A stretch of 64,000 nucleotides of DNA, from positions 6,758,001-6,822,000 of the forward strand of contig NW_026889806.1 of NCBI RefSeq assembly GCF_033153115.1, written 5' to 3'. The position numbers were made by a program, and so were the translations under genes. The stretch comes from Saccostrea echinata (taxonomy: Eukaryota). The notes under the pieces were generated by a model. It ran no database searches. It was not told where the DNA came from and worked only from the letters and a program-made list of their open reading frames with translations. The first letter of the stretch is position 1, and each line of letters opens with the position of its first letter. This document shows, piece after piece, positions 63,418 to 64,000 of the stretch.

Positions 63418-64000
63418 CTAATAAACACAAACAACATGCAACTTTTAAGTTTTCATCTTCAATATGAACACATTCAATAACAACATGATTATGCTATGAT
63501 TATGACAGGGCTTATTTTGACATCATTTATTCATTGAAATTTTTTAAATAAAATTTTCTATTATGTTTTAAATCATTTTACTGTAGTAAATCATTATGAA
63601 TCTGCAATTGAAAGACTGCTTTTAATGGGCATTTAAATGCTTAAAGAAAAACAGTAGCTGAACCCAGGATTTAATAAACAAATATGTGTTTTGGGATTCA
63701 AGAAATAGTTAAACATTGCTCATTACTTTTGGAAAATATACATGTGTATGTACACTTGTAGAACAAACTTGATTTTAAAAATAGACAACAGTATATATGT
63801 ATTATAGATATGTATCAAATATACAAGGAAACTAGAAACTGAAGCACACACATACAGGGTACAAAATTCCACAAGGAAATCTTTTCAATGATGAAAGTCT
63901 ATGTCATATAACCTAAAACGCACCTGTTTAAAACCTAATATCTAGGAAGTTTTATTTCTAAATCGTGTTATTCTTTTTGGGATTTTGTCAACTGTTGCAC

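Overview
AT-rich, intron-containing eukaryotic DNA, most likely from a bivalve. The repeat families resemble oyster (Ostreidae) Helentron/HINE satellite elements, and HSPA12 is an expanded family in oysters. I reconstructed four genes by hand from splice sites with consistent phases. (1) An MGA (MAX gene-associated)-like bHLH-Zip gene on the minus strand, with 14 coding exons at 36606->5685, about 3308 aa, and a probable non-coding first exon near 45.1 kb. (2) A 5-exon coiled-coil/Mieap(SPATA18)-C-domain-like gene on the minus strand (53032->51079, 428 aa). (3) A 4-exon HSPA12-type atypical Hsp70 on the plus strand (53891->56466, 611 aa), head-to-head with gene 2. (4) The 3' part of a multi-repeat beta-thymosin gene on the minus strand. 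Introns carry many non-autonomous transposons: hAT-like elements with 8-bp and 5-bp TSDs, Helentron/HINE satellite elements, palindromic elements and Penelope-like relics. Two signals stand out. (a) The C-terminus of the Mieap-like protein reads like a GrpE beta-head, and its gene is divergently paired with an atypical Hsp70, suggesting a DnaK/GrpE-like two-gene module (inference). (b) Six of the 13 MGA coding introns, and one thymosin intron, begin with a minisatellite built from that exon's own 3' end and/or its 5' splice site. The largest is a ~4 kb array of about 100 decoy GTAAGT donors.
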